DNA from: Podarcis muralis
Lineage: Eukaryota
Assembly: GCF_964188315.1 (NCBI RefSeq)
Contig: NC_135659.1
Coordinates: 51,832,001 to 51,896,000, forward strand
Direction of reading: 5' to 3'
Length of the DNA: 64,000 nt
In this document: piece after piece, positions 18,343 through 30,000 of the stretch
How positions within the stretch are numbered: position 1 is the stretch's first letter
Layout: each line of letters opens with the position of its first letter
The notes under the pieces: model-generated
What the model saw: only the letters and a program-made list of their open reading frames with translations
Database searches by the model: none
Told to the model about the DNA's origin: nothing
Position numbers and translations under genes: made by a program

Positions 18343-18886
18343 GGACGTGGGTGGCGCTGTGGGTTAAACCACAGAGCCTAGGACTTGCCGATCACACAGA
18401 GCCTAGGACTTGCCGATCAGAAGGTCGGCGGTTTGAATCCCCGCAACAGGGTGAGCTCCCATTGCTCGGTCCCTGCTCCTGCCAACCTAGCAGTTCGAAA
18501 GCACATCAAAGTGCAAGTAGATTAATAGGTACCGCTCCGGCGGGAAGATACCATATTTTTCGCTCTATAACACGCACCCGACCATAACACGCACATAGTT
18601 TTTAGAGGAGGAAAATCCGTAGGCATGCCACCCGTAGGCATTCCCTCCATAACACGCACAGACATTTCCCCTTACTTTCTAGGAGGAAAAAAGTGAGTGT
18701 TATGGTGCAAAAAATACGGTAAATGCCGCTTCTGTGCGCTGCTCTGGTTCGCCAGAAGCGGCTTAGTCATGCTGGCCACATGACCAGCTGTACGTCGGCT
18801 CCCTCGGCCAATAAAGCGAGATGAGCGCCGCAACCCCAGAGTCGGTCACGACTGGACCTAATGGTCAGGAGTCCCTTTACCTTTTA
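18343..18886 (+). mobile_element. Sauria SINE (tRNA-derived head, BovB-related tail), interrupted by a MITE
   Basis: GGGACGTGGGTGGCGCTGTGGGTTAAACC...CCCTTTACCTTTTA; TSD CCCATTAG at 18335-18342 and 18887-18894. Confidence 0.9.
18551..18719. mobile_element. Tc1/mariner-type (Tc2-like) MITE, 169 bp
   Basis: Imperfect TIRs CCATATTTTTCGCTCTATAACAC / GTGTTATGGTGCAAAAAATACGG; TA duplicated on both sides. Confidence 0.85.
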
Positions 18887-19539
18887 CCCATTAGACAGCC
18901 ACACATATTACATTTGTCAGTTGTCAGTTGTAAGGTAAGCCATTCCCATGTTTTATAACTGCTCCTACATTCCTGATACATTAGCACAATAGATAAATGG
19001 TTGTGAAATACTCTGAGCATGTACAGTTTCACATTCTAAACTCACTTAAGTCATAGCACTAGCATTACAGGAATACAATGGAATTTGCTTTTGCTGCCCT
19101 GATGTTAAACACATTTATGGGGGGGGGGAGCACCAAGGATGAAAGTAAAAGTAAAAAATAGAATCGAGTGCCATGTACATGCCTGGCTAACCACCCTCTG
19201 ACTAAAACTGTTGTAGAAAATAAGGATGCCGCTGTGACTACCATCAGCGCCAATAGACCACAACATGCCCATGCCAGCCCAGGTGCTGCCACAGGTCGTT
19301 TGTTCCTGACTCCATCACCTGACACTCTCTAGATGGCCATTTGAGGCGCCCCATTTTTGTGGTGCTCTGTACTTTCCCCCTGAGTTGCACTACTGTCTAC
19401 AAATCCTGTTACTTGCACTCACCTTTCTACCACGTGGGTCACCAGACAATAAGAGCATATAATTTTTATTGCTCCCCATATACTGTACCAAACTCATCCC
19501 CTCACATTAACCTCGAGAGTCACACTAATTCCCGTTAAT

Positions 19540-19716
19540 CGTAATTATTATTAATCATTATTATTATTTATTTGTACCCCGCCCATCTGGCTGGGTTTCC
19601 CCAGCCACTCTGGACGGCTTCCAACAAAGATTAAAAATACATTAAAATGTCACACATTAAAAACTTCTCTGAACAGGGATGCCTTCAGATGTCTTCTGAA
19701 TGTCAGGTAGTTGTTT
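19540..19716 (-). mobile_element. LINE (L2-like) 3' end with (TAA)n tail
   Basis: Reverse complement closely matches 32381-32580 (..CCCAGCCAGATGGGCGGGGTACAAATAA..); family assignment from memory. Confidence 0.65.
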
Positions 19717-19887
19717 ATAGCCCCAAATGTAACCTATTGCCCATTATCCCTCCCCATAGTTGCTCCCCAGTGCTTAAGTCACCTACGTCTCGGCCCACCG
19801 AGCCCACTTCCGCCCCAGACCTTTTACTCTCCCCACACTTCCTCACTCCCTACGGACTCACGGACACAACTCTGCGGTAGCCCTCAC

Positions 19888-19990
19888 CTGCGACACCGGG
19901 CGGAGGGGCGGAGGGCCAGGCGCCTTGCCCTATCCGAGCCCCCTCCACCCTCTAACTCTCTGGAATATAAACTCGCCGTCTCCATGGTAA
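19888..19990 (-). other. CCDC24: Probable non-coding first exon of CCDC24 (5' boundary approximate)
   Basis: Minus-strand donor CAG|GTGAGG at 19888/19887 inside a CpG island. The next exon has acceptor tttttcctttaaag| at 17998/17997, 30 nt upstream of the ATG. Confidence 0.6.
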
Positions 19991-19991
19991 C
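19978..19991. promoter_or_regulatory. RFX X-box motif
   Basis: GTCTCCATGGTAAC fits the X-box consensus GTNNCC-AT-GGNAAC and lies at the inferred CCDC24 start region. Confidence 0.7.
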
Positions 19992-20717
19992 GCCCCGCCG
20001 CGTTCCTCTGAAGCCTCGCCTCTTAAAGGAGCCGTGCCCACGAGGCAGACAGGATGTCGATCGAGCGTGGAGACGGGCGTCCCGGGGGAAGGAAGCGTGC
20101 GCGTTGAAGCTCTTGGCGCGCCCGCGCTTGCACCCAAGCAATCGGAGGTAAAGAGAAGCCACACGTCGGCCAGTTTTCATCCAGGAGGGGTCCCACTGGC
20201 TTTACGCTTTGGCAACAGTACAGTATTGAGAAACTTCTTTCTTTGCCTATTAATGTTCCTAGGATTAAGATGGGGGAGGGAGACATCCAGAGCCGCGCGT
20301 GTTTTGGAGGCCGCGGAGACTGGGAACTGGGGAGACGCAACTTTCGCTGCCCGGATGAGTGTTCGAGGGGTCTGGAGAGGGAGCACAGTGGACTTGTCTT
20401 AGCAGGCTTTTCCTGAGGTGCAGATAGGGGGCCAGGTCCCTCCCACCGCCCCGGTCCCGCCCGCTCCGTTGGGGAGGGGGTGCTGTGCCCCTGGGCGGGC
20501 TCGGGTTGCAAGAAGGGGCGGGCCGGGCCGGGCGGCGGCTGCACAAAGGCCGAAGCACGCCAGGGCGGTTCTTAGCCGCAGCTTCAGCAGGCAACCTCCC
20601 GGCGGGACCCCGCGGGCGGCGTTGGGGCGGACTGGATGCCCACTTTCCCCGCCAGCTCTCCTCCGCTTCGCTTCCCTACCGCTGCTGCTGCTCTGCTCCT
20701 CCCTCTCGCCAACTCCC

Positions 20718-23700
20718 ATGCCCGGCATCTGTCCCTCGAGTCCAGCGATGCCCTTTCCGTTGGCACAGCTGAGCTTAGCGTTGCTGCTGCTGACTCTGGT
20801 GCCCGTCCCAGGACTGGCAGGGCCAGTGACCACGTGCGATGCCAACGGGAGCCTGTACTACGTTGGGGAGTGGTATTTCCTGGACAGTGACCACTGCACC
20901 CAGTGTGAGTGCACAGCGGAGGGGCCGGCCTGCGCCCGCACGGACTGCACCGCTCTGCCACCTGCCTGCATTCACGTCAGCCACTACCCCAGCGACTGCT
21001 GCCCACGCTGCGAAAGGGTTGGCTGTGAGCACCGTGGACAAGTGTATGAGCTGGGGCAGCATTTCCAGGTAAGGCATTCACGGGAGAATTAGGCAAAGGG
21101 GTGGCATGGGGTGGCATGAGAAGTAATCTAGAGCGAGGTGGGCAGGGATGGATATGTGATGGATGGCAAAGTGAGGATATTCAAAAGCAGGAGAAAAGGC
21201 GAATGCTCCTGAAAAAGGCACTGTCTAAGAATCGCAACCCGTCACTTTTGTTTCTTAAATCTTGTTCTGAAAAGGAGGCCTAGGCAGGAGAGTAAGAGAC
21301 TGGAAGCAGGAATGCTGGCTGTGTCTTTATAGTTTGTTCATTACTGGCTGAAGCAAAAGAAAAGACAAACAAAACTAATAAATTGCATTTTTCCAAAGTG
21401 GGCGAGAAGCACCAAATCAAAAGTGCTCTATGAAGCTGGAGGTGCTCTTAAGATGTTCCCATAAAACCTCTTTGATAATTCAGAAGGCAATTTTATTGGC
21501 TGTAGTACCTAGCTGAGCATCCTTTGACTAACTGAATTGCATTTTCATCCATTTCTTAGGCCTGACATTGACCAGTTCAGCACCTTGCTTCTGGCTTTTG
21601 TCTGTTGCTGCCAAAAATGTGTGTAGTTTATTTTAGGACTTGAGTCAGACCAAACAATCTCTAGCATGGCTGACTTGGACAATTGAGGGTGGGTGGGGAA
21701 AGGAGTATTTTTGGCACTAAGCCTGCACTAGCCGAAGGGAGTCAAATTCTGGCCCTGAGGCTGCAGGTGGAAGATCAAAGCCCTCTATTCCTGGGCTCCA
21801 TGCCTCTTTGGATAGCATGAATTGAGTGTTTGCAAAAAATAAGTGTATTGATGAAGAAAGGACCAGTTACTACATATAGTCAAAGAATGGGCAGTGGGGT
21901 TCTTCCTAGGTGAATTGCCCGTTACCTAAACATCAAATTATTGTGTGTCTGTTTGATGACTTATCTCTTGGCCTGTCCCATTTACCCAAACACAAAATTC
22001 TATTGAAAGGTACACAGAAAGTAACTGCTTTCTGCAAAGCTATTTGTTGTTGTTTAGTCGTTTAGTCGTGTCCGACTCTTTGTGACCCCATGGACCAGAG
22101 CACGCCAGGCACTCCTGACTTTCACTGCCTCCCGCAGCTTGGTCAAACTCATGTTGGTAGCTTCGAGAACACTGCCCAACCATCTCGTCCTCTGTTGTCT
22201 CCTTCTCCTTGTGCCCTCCATCTTTCCCAGCATCAGGGTCTTTTCCAGGGAGTCTTCTCTTCTCATGAGGTGGCCAAAGTATTGGAGCCTCAGCTTCACG
22301 ATCTGTCCTTCCAGTGAGCACTCAGGGCTGATTTCCTTAAGAATGGATACGTTTGATCTTCTTGCAGTCCATGGGACTCTCAAGAGTCTCCTCCAGCACC
22401 ATAATTCAAAAGCATCAATTCTTCGGCGATCAGCTATATTGAACCATAATTTCCCCCCAAATAATAACTTTATTATGGCCAGCCAAAATATCATAAAATA
22501 GCAAGCAACCTTTTGATTATCCAGAACCATTCAGCTGGGGCCTAACTTGCCCTAAAATACTTTGCTCATCCAAACCTTCACAGTTCTTTACTAGGGATGG
22601 CCAGATTTTGCTCTAGGTCCAGAGCATCTGGGTTGTGGATACAGTAATATAGGGCTGCTTCCCAGCACCGCCTGGAACTAGGTTATCTTGCATTTGCTTA
22701 CAAGCAAGACAAGTGCTGTAGATCTAGAGAGAGAAAAGTTCTGTAATTAGGAAGGGTAAACACTTTCCTTTGTACTGTAGGTTTGTACTAAGAACAAGAT
22801 ATCAACTTGCCAGTGAAGTTGTGCAATCTCCTTCCCTGGAGTTATAAAGATGATCATGGATGATTGTATTATTAAGATGTGATTTTTGGTGTTAAATGTT
22901 GATGTCATCTTCCAGTTTCGTTATTTTAAAGTATTGTGACGAGTGATCTAGAGCAAGTGACCAATGTTTTCATTTTCAACCACTTGAAGTTCAGTGAAGT
23001 CCAGTCTTCATCATCACCCACCCTGAAGGTGTGAAATCAGATAACCAACCTATTAGTTCAGGAGGGAGGGAATTTGACAGAAGGTAGAATCTTGGAACTT
23101 TCCCCTTAGGGCAGAGATCAGAGGCATGTGGCTTGGCTAGAATTAGCCTCATGTTTCGCTAGTGAGAAGGCAAATGAGCGGCGAGGTGCTGAAAACGACT
23201 TCAGTATCCTTTGCTGGATATTTTAAGGAGGAGCTTGATTGGTTAATGGGTTCCAAAACACATTCATGGGCCTTTTTAGCATATTGGGATCCTTGATGGT
23301 TCTGCACTACTGGGGAACAATCTCTCACTCAGTTTTCTCTATTCAACATTTTCTTATGACCAGTCAGTTTCCCCAGTGGCCAGCCGCATGATTATTTGAG
23401 AGTAATCTTGAGTTGGCCAGAGCTGACAAGATACACAAAGTCAAGGGAGATTGGGACAGAAGCTTTTTCTCCCTCGTTATCTATCAATTCTTGGTTGATA
23501 GTGCCATCTGATGGTATAATCCCAGTACTGCCATGGCTATGCATTCAGTTTGGAATGCTTCTTCACACAAAAAAAGGAAGATGATGGGCCTTATATTTCT
23601 TTTGTGATCACCCCTTCCCCTGATACTTAAAGCACAGGTACAGGTAAGCAAAGATGCAGCCAGGAGCCTAATCCAATTAAGTATCTGAGGCATGAGTTTC

Positions 23701-24939
23701 CCACCTGCTTGCATACGCACATCTCTTTGCAAATTACAGACAGAAGACATGACTAATTCATTCTGGAACCGCAAAATCCAGTCAATTCTGCAACATGGTG
23801 GTGTGGGGTGGATGGGTAACCTATTTCTCTCAGCCTAATTTTATTAGGAGGAAAAGGGGGAGGGAAACAGGGTAGCAGAGGAGGTGCCCTACCCACTTTG
23901 ACTCTGGACCAGCACACCACTGGCATGCAATTCTGAACAGATTCCCAAGGGAATGCAATTCTCAGAAAAGAATAAGCTTCTGCACCACTGATGCAAAATA
24001 GTTCTGGAGCTGCATCATCATCATAACCGTGTGCTGTCCACGTAAAGCTGCCTTGCAATATTGACCAATATTTGTCTCTCACAGCCCTCAGAGTGTGAGC
24101 AGTGTACCTGTGACCTAGATGGCATCGCTCGTTGCCTAGTGGCAGACTGCGCCCCTCCGCCCTGCGTCAATCCAGTCTACGAGAAGGGCCACTGCTGCCC
24201 CACCTGTGAGGATGGTGAGAAAGACACACCTTCACAGCAAGGGACAAATGTTCCACTTCACGCTGTCCAGAAGGGGGAGAGAACTTTGTCTCCCTCACAG
24301 TTCAGGGGCCCTGTCCTAATGGAGCTGGGAAGTGAGAGGAATTGGGCCAAGCTGACCAGACACAACCTTGCTTAACTGAACAGGAAGCCTCATACTTAGA
24401 AATGATGGTGGGACACCTGGTAGCCCCCACTTCATCTTGAAGGATTTGGCAGGTGTTTAGCCCTAGTGTTAGAAGAGGGGCTCCCCCCCCCCCAAAATGA
24501 AAAATGTCTTCCTGGTACAAAAGCAGCCTCTAGCACAGAACCTGTGCATGAGGTGAGCTCCCAGTAGAGGATAGGGGTGCAAGGCTGGAGTAATAATAAT
24601 AATAATTTTATTATTTATACCCCTCCCATCTGGCTGGGTTGCCCCTACCTACACATGTACTCTTAAAACTGCTTGCTATTTCTGCTTCTAAGATTCATGA
24701 AGGGACTTCTGCAAACAATGGCAGACTCTAATACATGGACATGTCTCTCCACAGGGCCCAACTGCTACGTGGATGGGAGCCAGCGACGCGTAATTCCTGC
24801 TGGGGAGAGCATATGGGTGGGGCCCTGCACCCGTTGCCGCTGTCATGATGGCCAGGACGCCGGTTACTGGGAAGGAAACAGATTAGCTAAATGCGAGCGG
24901 CTACGGGGATGCCGGGCTACAGGTGCACATCACACCTGA
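20718..24939 (+). CDS. Secreted von Willebrand factor C domain protein, Brorin (VWC2/VWC2L) family paralog, 221 aa (211 aa from the second ATG at 20748)
   Basis: Exons 20718-21068, 24085-24214, 24755-24939 (666 nt, canonical GT-AG, in frame). Signal peptide (AQLSLALLLLTLVPVPGLA), two complete 10-Cys VWC modules (C..CxxCxC..C..C..C..CCPxC) and a third 6-Cys truncated module. Exon junctions HFQ|PSECEQC and CED|GPNC mirror remembered VWC2L junctions EFK|PSPCEWC and CKN|GPNC. Confidence 0.93.
22044..22434 (-). mobile_element. RTE-BovB LINE, 5'-truncated 3' end
   Basis: Uninterrupted peptide ADRRRIDAFELWCWRRLLRVPWTARRSN.SILKEISPECSLEG..KLRLQYFGHLMRREDSLEKTLMLGK..WRALVHGVTKSRTRLND* followed by a (CAA)n tail; this is the typical BovB C-terminus. 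Confidence 0.93.
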
Positions 24940-25185
24940 GCTGCTCCAAACACCAAAAAATTCCTGGGCCAGTCATTCATCAGCACTTGCAAGGTTTCTG
25001 CTTAGCCAGACAAGCCCTAGTGTGCCCTTACACCCAGCCCTGGCCCAACTCCTTCAGCCATACACATAAGCAATTGCCAGTCGCAGAACGCTTTCCAGAT
25101 CTACCCTCTTTCCCTTGACAATGTCTAGAGTTATTACGCAGGGGAGTAGCTCATATGAGAAAGCCTGTTTTATTTAGCATGGGTG

Positions 25186-25301
25186 GGCAACCTGTGGCTA
25201 TTCAGATGTAGTTGGACTCCCAGCTCCCATCAGCTGTAGCCAGCATGGCTAATGGTTAGGAATAATTTAGCCACATCTCGAGAGCCAGAGGTTCCCCATA
25301 T
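25186..25301. mobile_element. Palindromic hAT-type MITE in the VWC gene 3' UTR (diverged)
   Basis: ggcaacctgtggc..cagatgtagttggactcccagctcccatcagc..ccacatctcgagagccagaggttcccc; boundaries approximate. Confidence 0.6.
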
Positions 25302-25407
25302 GATTTAGGGAATCACCCCTCAACCACCACCACATTCCCACTCCAGCTTCAACTAAACATAGCATCTTTTGCTACTATTTAACAGTTTTTCTCTGTGTGT
25401 GAACATC

Positions 25408-25413
25408 AATAAA
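25408..25413 (+). terminator. Poly(A) signal of the VWC-domain gene
   Basis: AATAAA about 470 nt after the stop codon, followed by T/GT-rich sequence. Confidence 0.6.
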
Positions 25414-25688
25414 ATAACCTTGTAGAATAGTTCTCTCTTGTCTTCTGGGCTGAGTAACTACGCCCAGAGTTTCCTGGGCCAGAAAACCCAGTCCCTGCTT
25501 TAAACAAACTTGTTGGGGAAGCACAATGAAGTGCCATTCATTTGGAAACGAATTTAATTCTTCATTTTGTACCTTGCCGAGATGAGCACAAGGAGGGGAG
25601 GCTGCAGATTGCATAAACCTGCAGCGTTGCCCCTATCCACAGACCCCACCTGAATCCCATAGGCAAGGAGTCTCCCAAGTTTTGAAAC

Positions 25689-25694
25689 TTTATT
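25689..25694 (-). terminator. Poly(A) signal of B4GALT2
   Basis: AATAAA on minus about 1.4 kb after the stop codon, facing the VWC gene poly(A) signal roughly 280 bp away. Confidence 0.6.
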
Positions 25695-27062
25695 GAATAC
25701 AAAAGTCTGATCGTAGTGACCAGTGCTGCATTCACCATAGGCTTGAAAAGGGATCAAAACATTCAAATGTACAAAAGTCACCAACACCTGGGCTGTGCAA
25801 CACGCTGGTGCCTGGCTTCAAGCCTGGCCCAGCTGCCACCCCAAAGTGGACCAGCGCAGGAGATTCTACCTGCCAGGCACCATAACCAGAGATGAGGGAT
25901 ACCAGCAGCTTCCTAGCTCCAGGAATTAGGCACACGGCCACCATGTGTCATGAGCAGACGGTCGGACCCAGGGGCCTGGCCTCAGGTGGTGGCAGATGGC
26001 AGCTTGACAAAGAGGGCACGATGAGTGGTCAACGGCAGGTTGCCTGGCAGATGGCGGGAAGGTTGATTGGTGAGTGAGGGTTGGTATGGGGTAAGTGGGT
26101 TGGAGGTGAGAGGTAGGGGACAGGCAGCAAGAAGCCAACTTCACCTTCCTCTGTTCAGTAGCTATAGGCCCATCGGTGCCTGTAAAAAAGAGAAGCCAGC
26201 CCACACCAGAGAGTAGGCCTAACCATGCCATTTTAATTCCACCCTTGCTGAGAAGTGAAGCACACACTGCCCAACCAATATTCCCCATTCACAGACAGAA
26301 GAGCAAACACTGCTAGGAAGAATGACCTGTTGTCCCTTGACAGACAGGCTACCTGTCACACTAACCCAGGAAGCACTCAAGTATTCTAATGAGGGTTTTG
26401 TATAAAACGCCCCTGTGTTACTGGAGCCAGAAGTGACACCCAGGGCCCAGCAGGGGGACAGCACCAAGCCATGAATGGAGGTGGGCAATGGCCAGCCCCA
26501 TGAGAGCTTCTCCTTTGGAAGAGCTTCTCAGCTGGGCACGAGTGAACCACCTGGACACCTTGCGGGCTGGCATTTGTCGTAAGGCCAGGCCACCCCCTGG
26601 AAGGAAGGCTCAAACGGCACTCTTGCACACTGAGAGGAAAGGAAAACAACTACCTGTACTGCACTTCCGGGATCCTTAAGGGATGCCGCTCTGTGAAAAG
26701 TTCTGGGAGAGGATAGGGAGGTTCAAGAACCTGCACAAGGTTTCTCTGCTCTCAGTGCCTTCCAGCCAGGAGTGGGGCTTGGCTGTGCCCAGGACCCCTA
26801 AGCGCTGCGCCAGGCACCATGACACACTCACACTTCCTCCCCAACCTGTGAAGGGCACTGTGGAGAACTGACTAGTGATCAGGAGATGGGCTTCAGCCAA
26901 AGGCTGGGGCAAGGCGAAGGTGTAGTCTTGGCCTTTCCCGCATCCCCACAAAGGAGGCAGACAGCTCCTCCAAGCCAGGACACAGTCCTCTGAACCAGTC
27001 AGGGCTGGGATCCGCACAGCTCCTCATGCATGGGGCCATGGGCAGAGCCAGGCAGCAAACAG

Positions 27063-30000
27063 TCAGCCCCGAGGGGGGCGTGGTGGTGGGCGGCCAATCT
27101 CCACGGTTACATTGGTGTACATGGGACGACGAACCACCTCCACCAGGCGGTACTGAAGCGAGCCAATGCCATCGCGTTTCATGGTCACCTTGGTATTCTG
27201 GATTTTGGTGAACCTGCCAGGAGAACCAGAGAAAAATTCATCTTACACATGAAAGTAGGCAGTTAGATTAATTCAAGTTAAACCTACAAGCCATTCCTCG
27301 ATGAATGGAATAGAGCAGGCTTCCTCAAACTTGGCCCTCCAGATGTTTCGAGACTACAATTCCCATCATCCCTGACCACTGGTCCTGCTAGCTAGGGATC
27401 ATGGGAGTTGTAGGCCAAAAACATCTGGAGGGCGGAGTTTGAGGAAGCCTGGAATAGAGAGTTGAATGACAGCTCAGGCCACTTGGAAGGATTTTGGGTA
27501 GAGCCTTACGTGACATCCACGCACAATAAAGCAATTTCTTATGTCAGATTTCCAGCATACAAAGCACTGTGGGACTTCCGAAATGAAATTGTGTCTTCTG
27601 AACACATGAATGGACAGTCACCAAGCACAGCCCTTCCAGGTTGAAAGTCCCAAGTAACAGAGTGAGCTTCTCTACCCAGAGCTCAGCTTTAAAACAACAC
27701 TCCCCGTCAAATGATATAGCAAGGTTGCAAAGTGTGATGGCGTCATAGGATCCTGGAGGGCCATGGATGGTGACTGCATTTAGTTCTCATGATAGGTGAT
27801 TACTACCACCACACAACCTTCTCAAGTGGAATGTCATGAAATAAGGTTTAGTGTATTGCTCTGAAACCATGCCAGCTGTGGCTTTTCTCTGGTTCCAGAC
27901 AATAAATGTTAGGGCACAGGACAGGAGTCTCTTTCTCTTTCCTTGCCTAGAACTAGCAGAACATAGATTTAACCAAACACACCTGGTGCATGATTGGGAC
28001 TCTGATTCATGTCTGTGTCTCTTAGAAGTAAGAGGCAGAGAGTGGAATTAAAACTGGGGGTAGGTCAGAAAGAGGGATGCACACACAGTAATAGAAAACA
28101 CTGTCTGGGGGAAGGCTAAGGACTTGTAGGCTATCTTGGTTTGTCTCATGGACATTCTACAGGGAGGCAAACAAATGTGGCCCCTCTCTCATAAGGTGTA
28201 GAGTAGTATGCTATAAAAGGGAAGAGGCGTCTGGAAGATTATTTTCCATTGGAAATCAGGCTTGAAAACCATTATGTGCCCAGGGAAATGGTGCAGAAAT
28301 TGTGTGGGAGCTTTCTATCTCCTTATGTAGCTTGCAATGGACTAGGTAGGGAGCTAGCAAGCACATTGTCTCTCTCACCGCTGGGGATTGGGCTCGTTGT
28401 GTCGGTCACGCTCGTGCTTGATCATGCGGTAGCGCCCAATGCGGGCATCAGGACGTGACACTTTCATGCCATTAAGCGAGATCCTGTGCAAAGAAAAAGT
28501 GCAGCTCAAAGACCAGCAGACAGGTCGGGGGCAGACTCTAAATAAAGCAGGAGTTAGTCCTCACCCTCCAGTCCTCAGCACCCCCAACCCCTTCTGGCTT
28601 TCAGAGTATTGGCTCCCCAGGCCTTCTATTTGGCCCTGCCTGTTATGTGCTGCGGAATACCTACCTGCCTATGTCCTCCTCTCTCAGATTTGGGAGCATT
28701 GTTATAGAAAAGGCAGGTGTTGCATATTGCCACCTGCCATTTGCACAGCTACCCCACCCCAGAAGAGGATGCTGTTCCCTGCCACTCAGCACATTCCCAG
28801 GAGACACCACATGGAAAAACAGACTACATGGCTACTACAACCAACTTGCAGAGAACAAGTTCTGGCTAGGCTTGGCCCAGCCTCTCACGCACCGGTTAAA
28901 GATGTCGTCATCTTCCCCACCCCAGCCCCAGTACTCGTTAGGGAAGCCATTGATCTTCAGAAACTGTGTCTTGCTCAGGCCAGAGACACCTCCGAAGTAG
29001 CCAGAGTATGGCAGCCTGCAGAGGACAAGCAGGAGAGATGGGAATCAGTCAAGCCACGAATGGGTTCAGGAGCACAGAACCTGGGTGGTCCAAGCTACAC
29101 CTGACACAGTCTAAATCCCAGTTTCCAAATCAGCCATGTGATGTCACCCATTGCTCACACTGCATCAGGTCTCTCCTAAATCCTTCCCATTTCCCTTCTC
29201 CTTAGCTGGAATGCAGGATTCCATTTTATACACACTGTACCTCCTCCCTCTCCTTTTGCCATGGTTGGCAGGTAAGAATATAGGCAACACAGAACATTCA
29301 CGTGGGGATCCTGTCTGTTTACATCACCTTCATATAGGTTTTGCAAGCGCCCATTCCATAATGTAGTATCACAAGGACTTCCCTGGAGCATTTCATCTAG
29401 TCATATAAGAGGCAGCAAAGTTTAAATTAGGGGTGTGCACCAAACAGAAGATTCAGTTTGGACCTGGATTCAGTACTTCAGAAAACAACATGCCTCAGTC
29501 CCAAGTGCTTCAGAGTCTGAGTTGGGAAAAACAAGATTTCATTTCCCCTCATTCACTATTGGGTTGTTGTTGTTTTTTAAGCTATACCTTTCCCCCTTTT
29601 TACAGTGGATAAAATTTGCAGGCACATTAGCTAATCCACAGTGGATTCAGCCAGCCACATAGTTCCAGGGTGGGGCTTTTTTCTGTCAGGTACCTTTGAA
29701 ATTTGATGGATATTTTTCTAAGGAAACTTTTCCCCCTCCCCCACTATTGGATGAAATTTGCAGGCATCAGAGGCTCCATGAAAGATGAATCCTGTCAAAT
29801 TTCTGAACGATAGCTTCATTGGTTTTCCCACAAGGACAGCCTTCACAGTTTGGGGATGGGTAAAAAGTGTCCACTTAAACTTCCCATGTCTTTTGAGGGC
29901 AATTGTTTGGAAACCAGACATGAAAGAGGTTTCCCTAGGTATGAAACTTGCCAATGGCAGACAAATTGGTCCAATTTTTGTGAACTAGGGACTTTTAATC

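Larger units (their letters stand above)
19780..21070. promoter_or_regulatory. CpG island / bidirectional promoter shared by CCDC24 (-) and the VWC-domain gene (+)
   Basis: Dense CpG and GC boxes against a CpG-depleted background; the 5' ends of two genes point outward from it. Confidence 0.85.

Noticed and set aside
19884-20594. Multiple overlapping 70-170 aa ORFs on both strands
   Set aside because: Arg/Pro/Gly-rich shadows of the CpG island with no family motifs.
20418-20717. In-frame upstream extension of the VWC ORF (224-aa ORF from a GTG)
   Set aside because: GC-rich CpG-island sequence that lacks stops by composition; the signal peptide begins only after the ATGs at 20718/20748.
23600-23860. 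Homeodomain-like TAAT/TAATCC clusters in VWC intron 1
   Set aside because: Short motifs expected by chance; an enhancer cannot be supported without conservation data.
28439-29104. 221-aa plus-strand ORF
   Set aside because: Antisense to two B4GALT2 exons and the intron between them, with no recognisable domain; treated as a shadow ORF.
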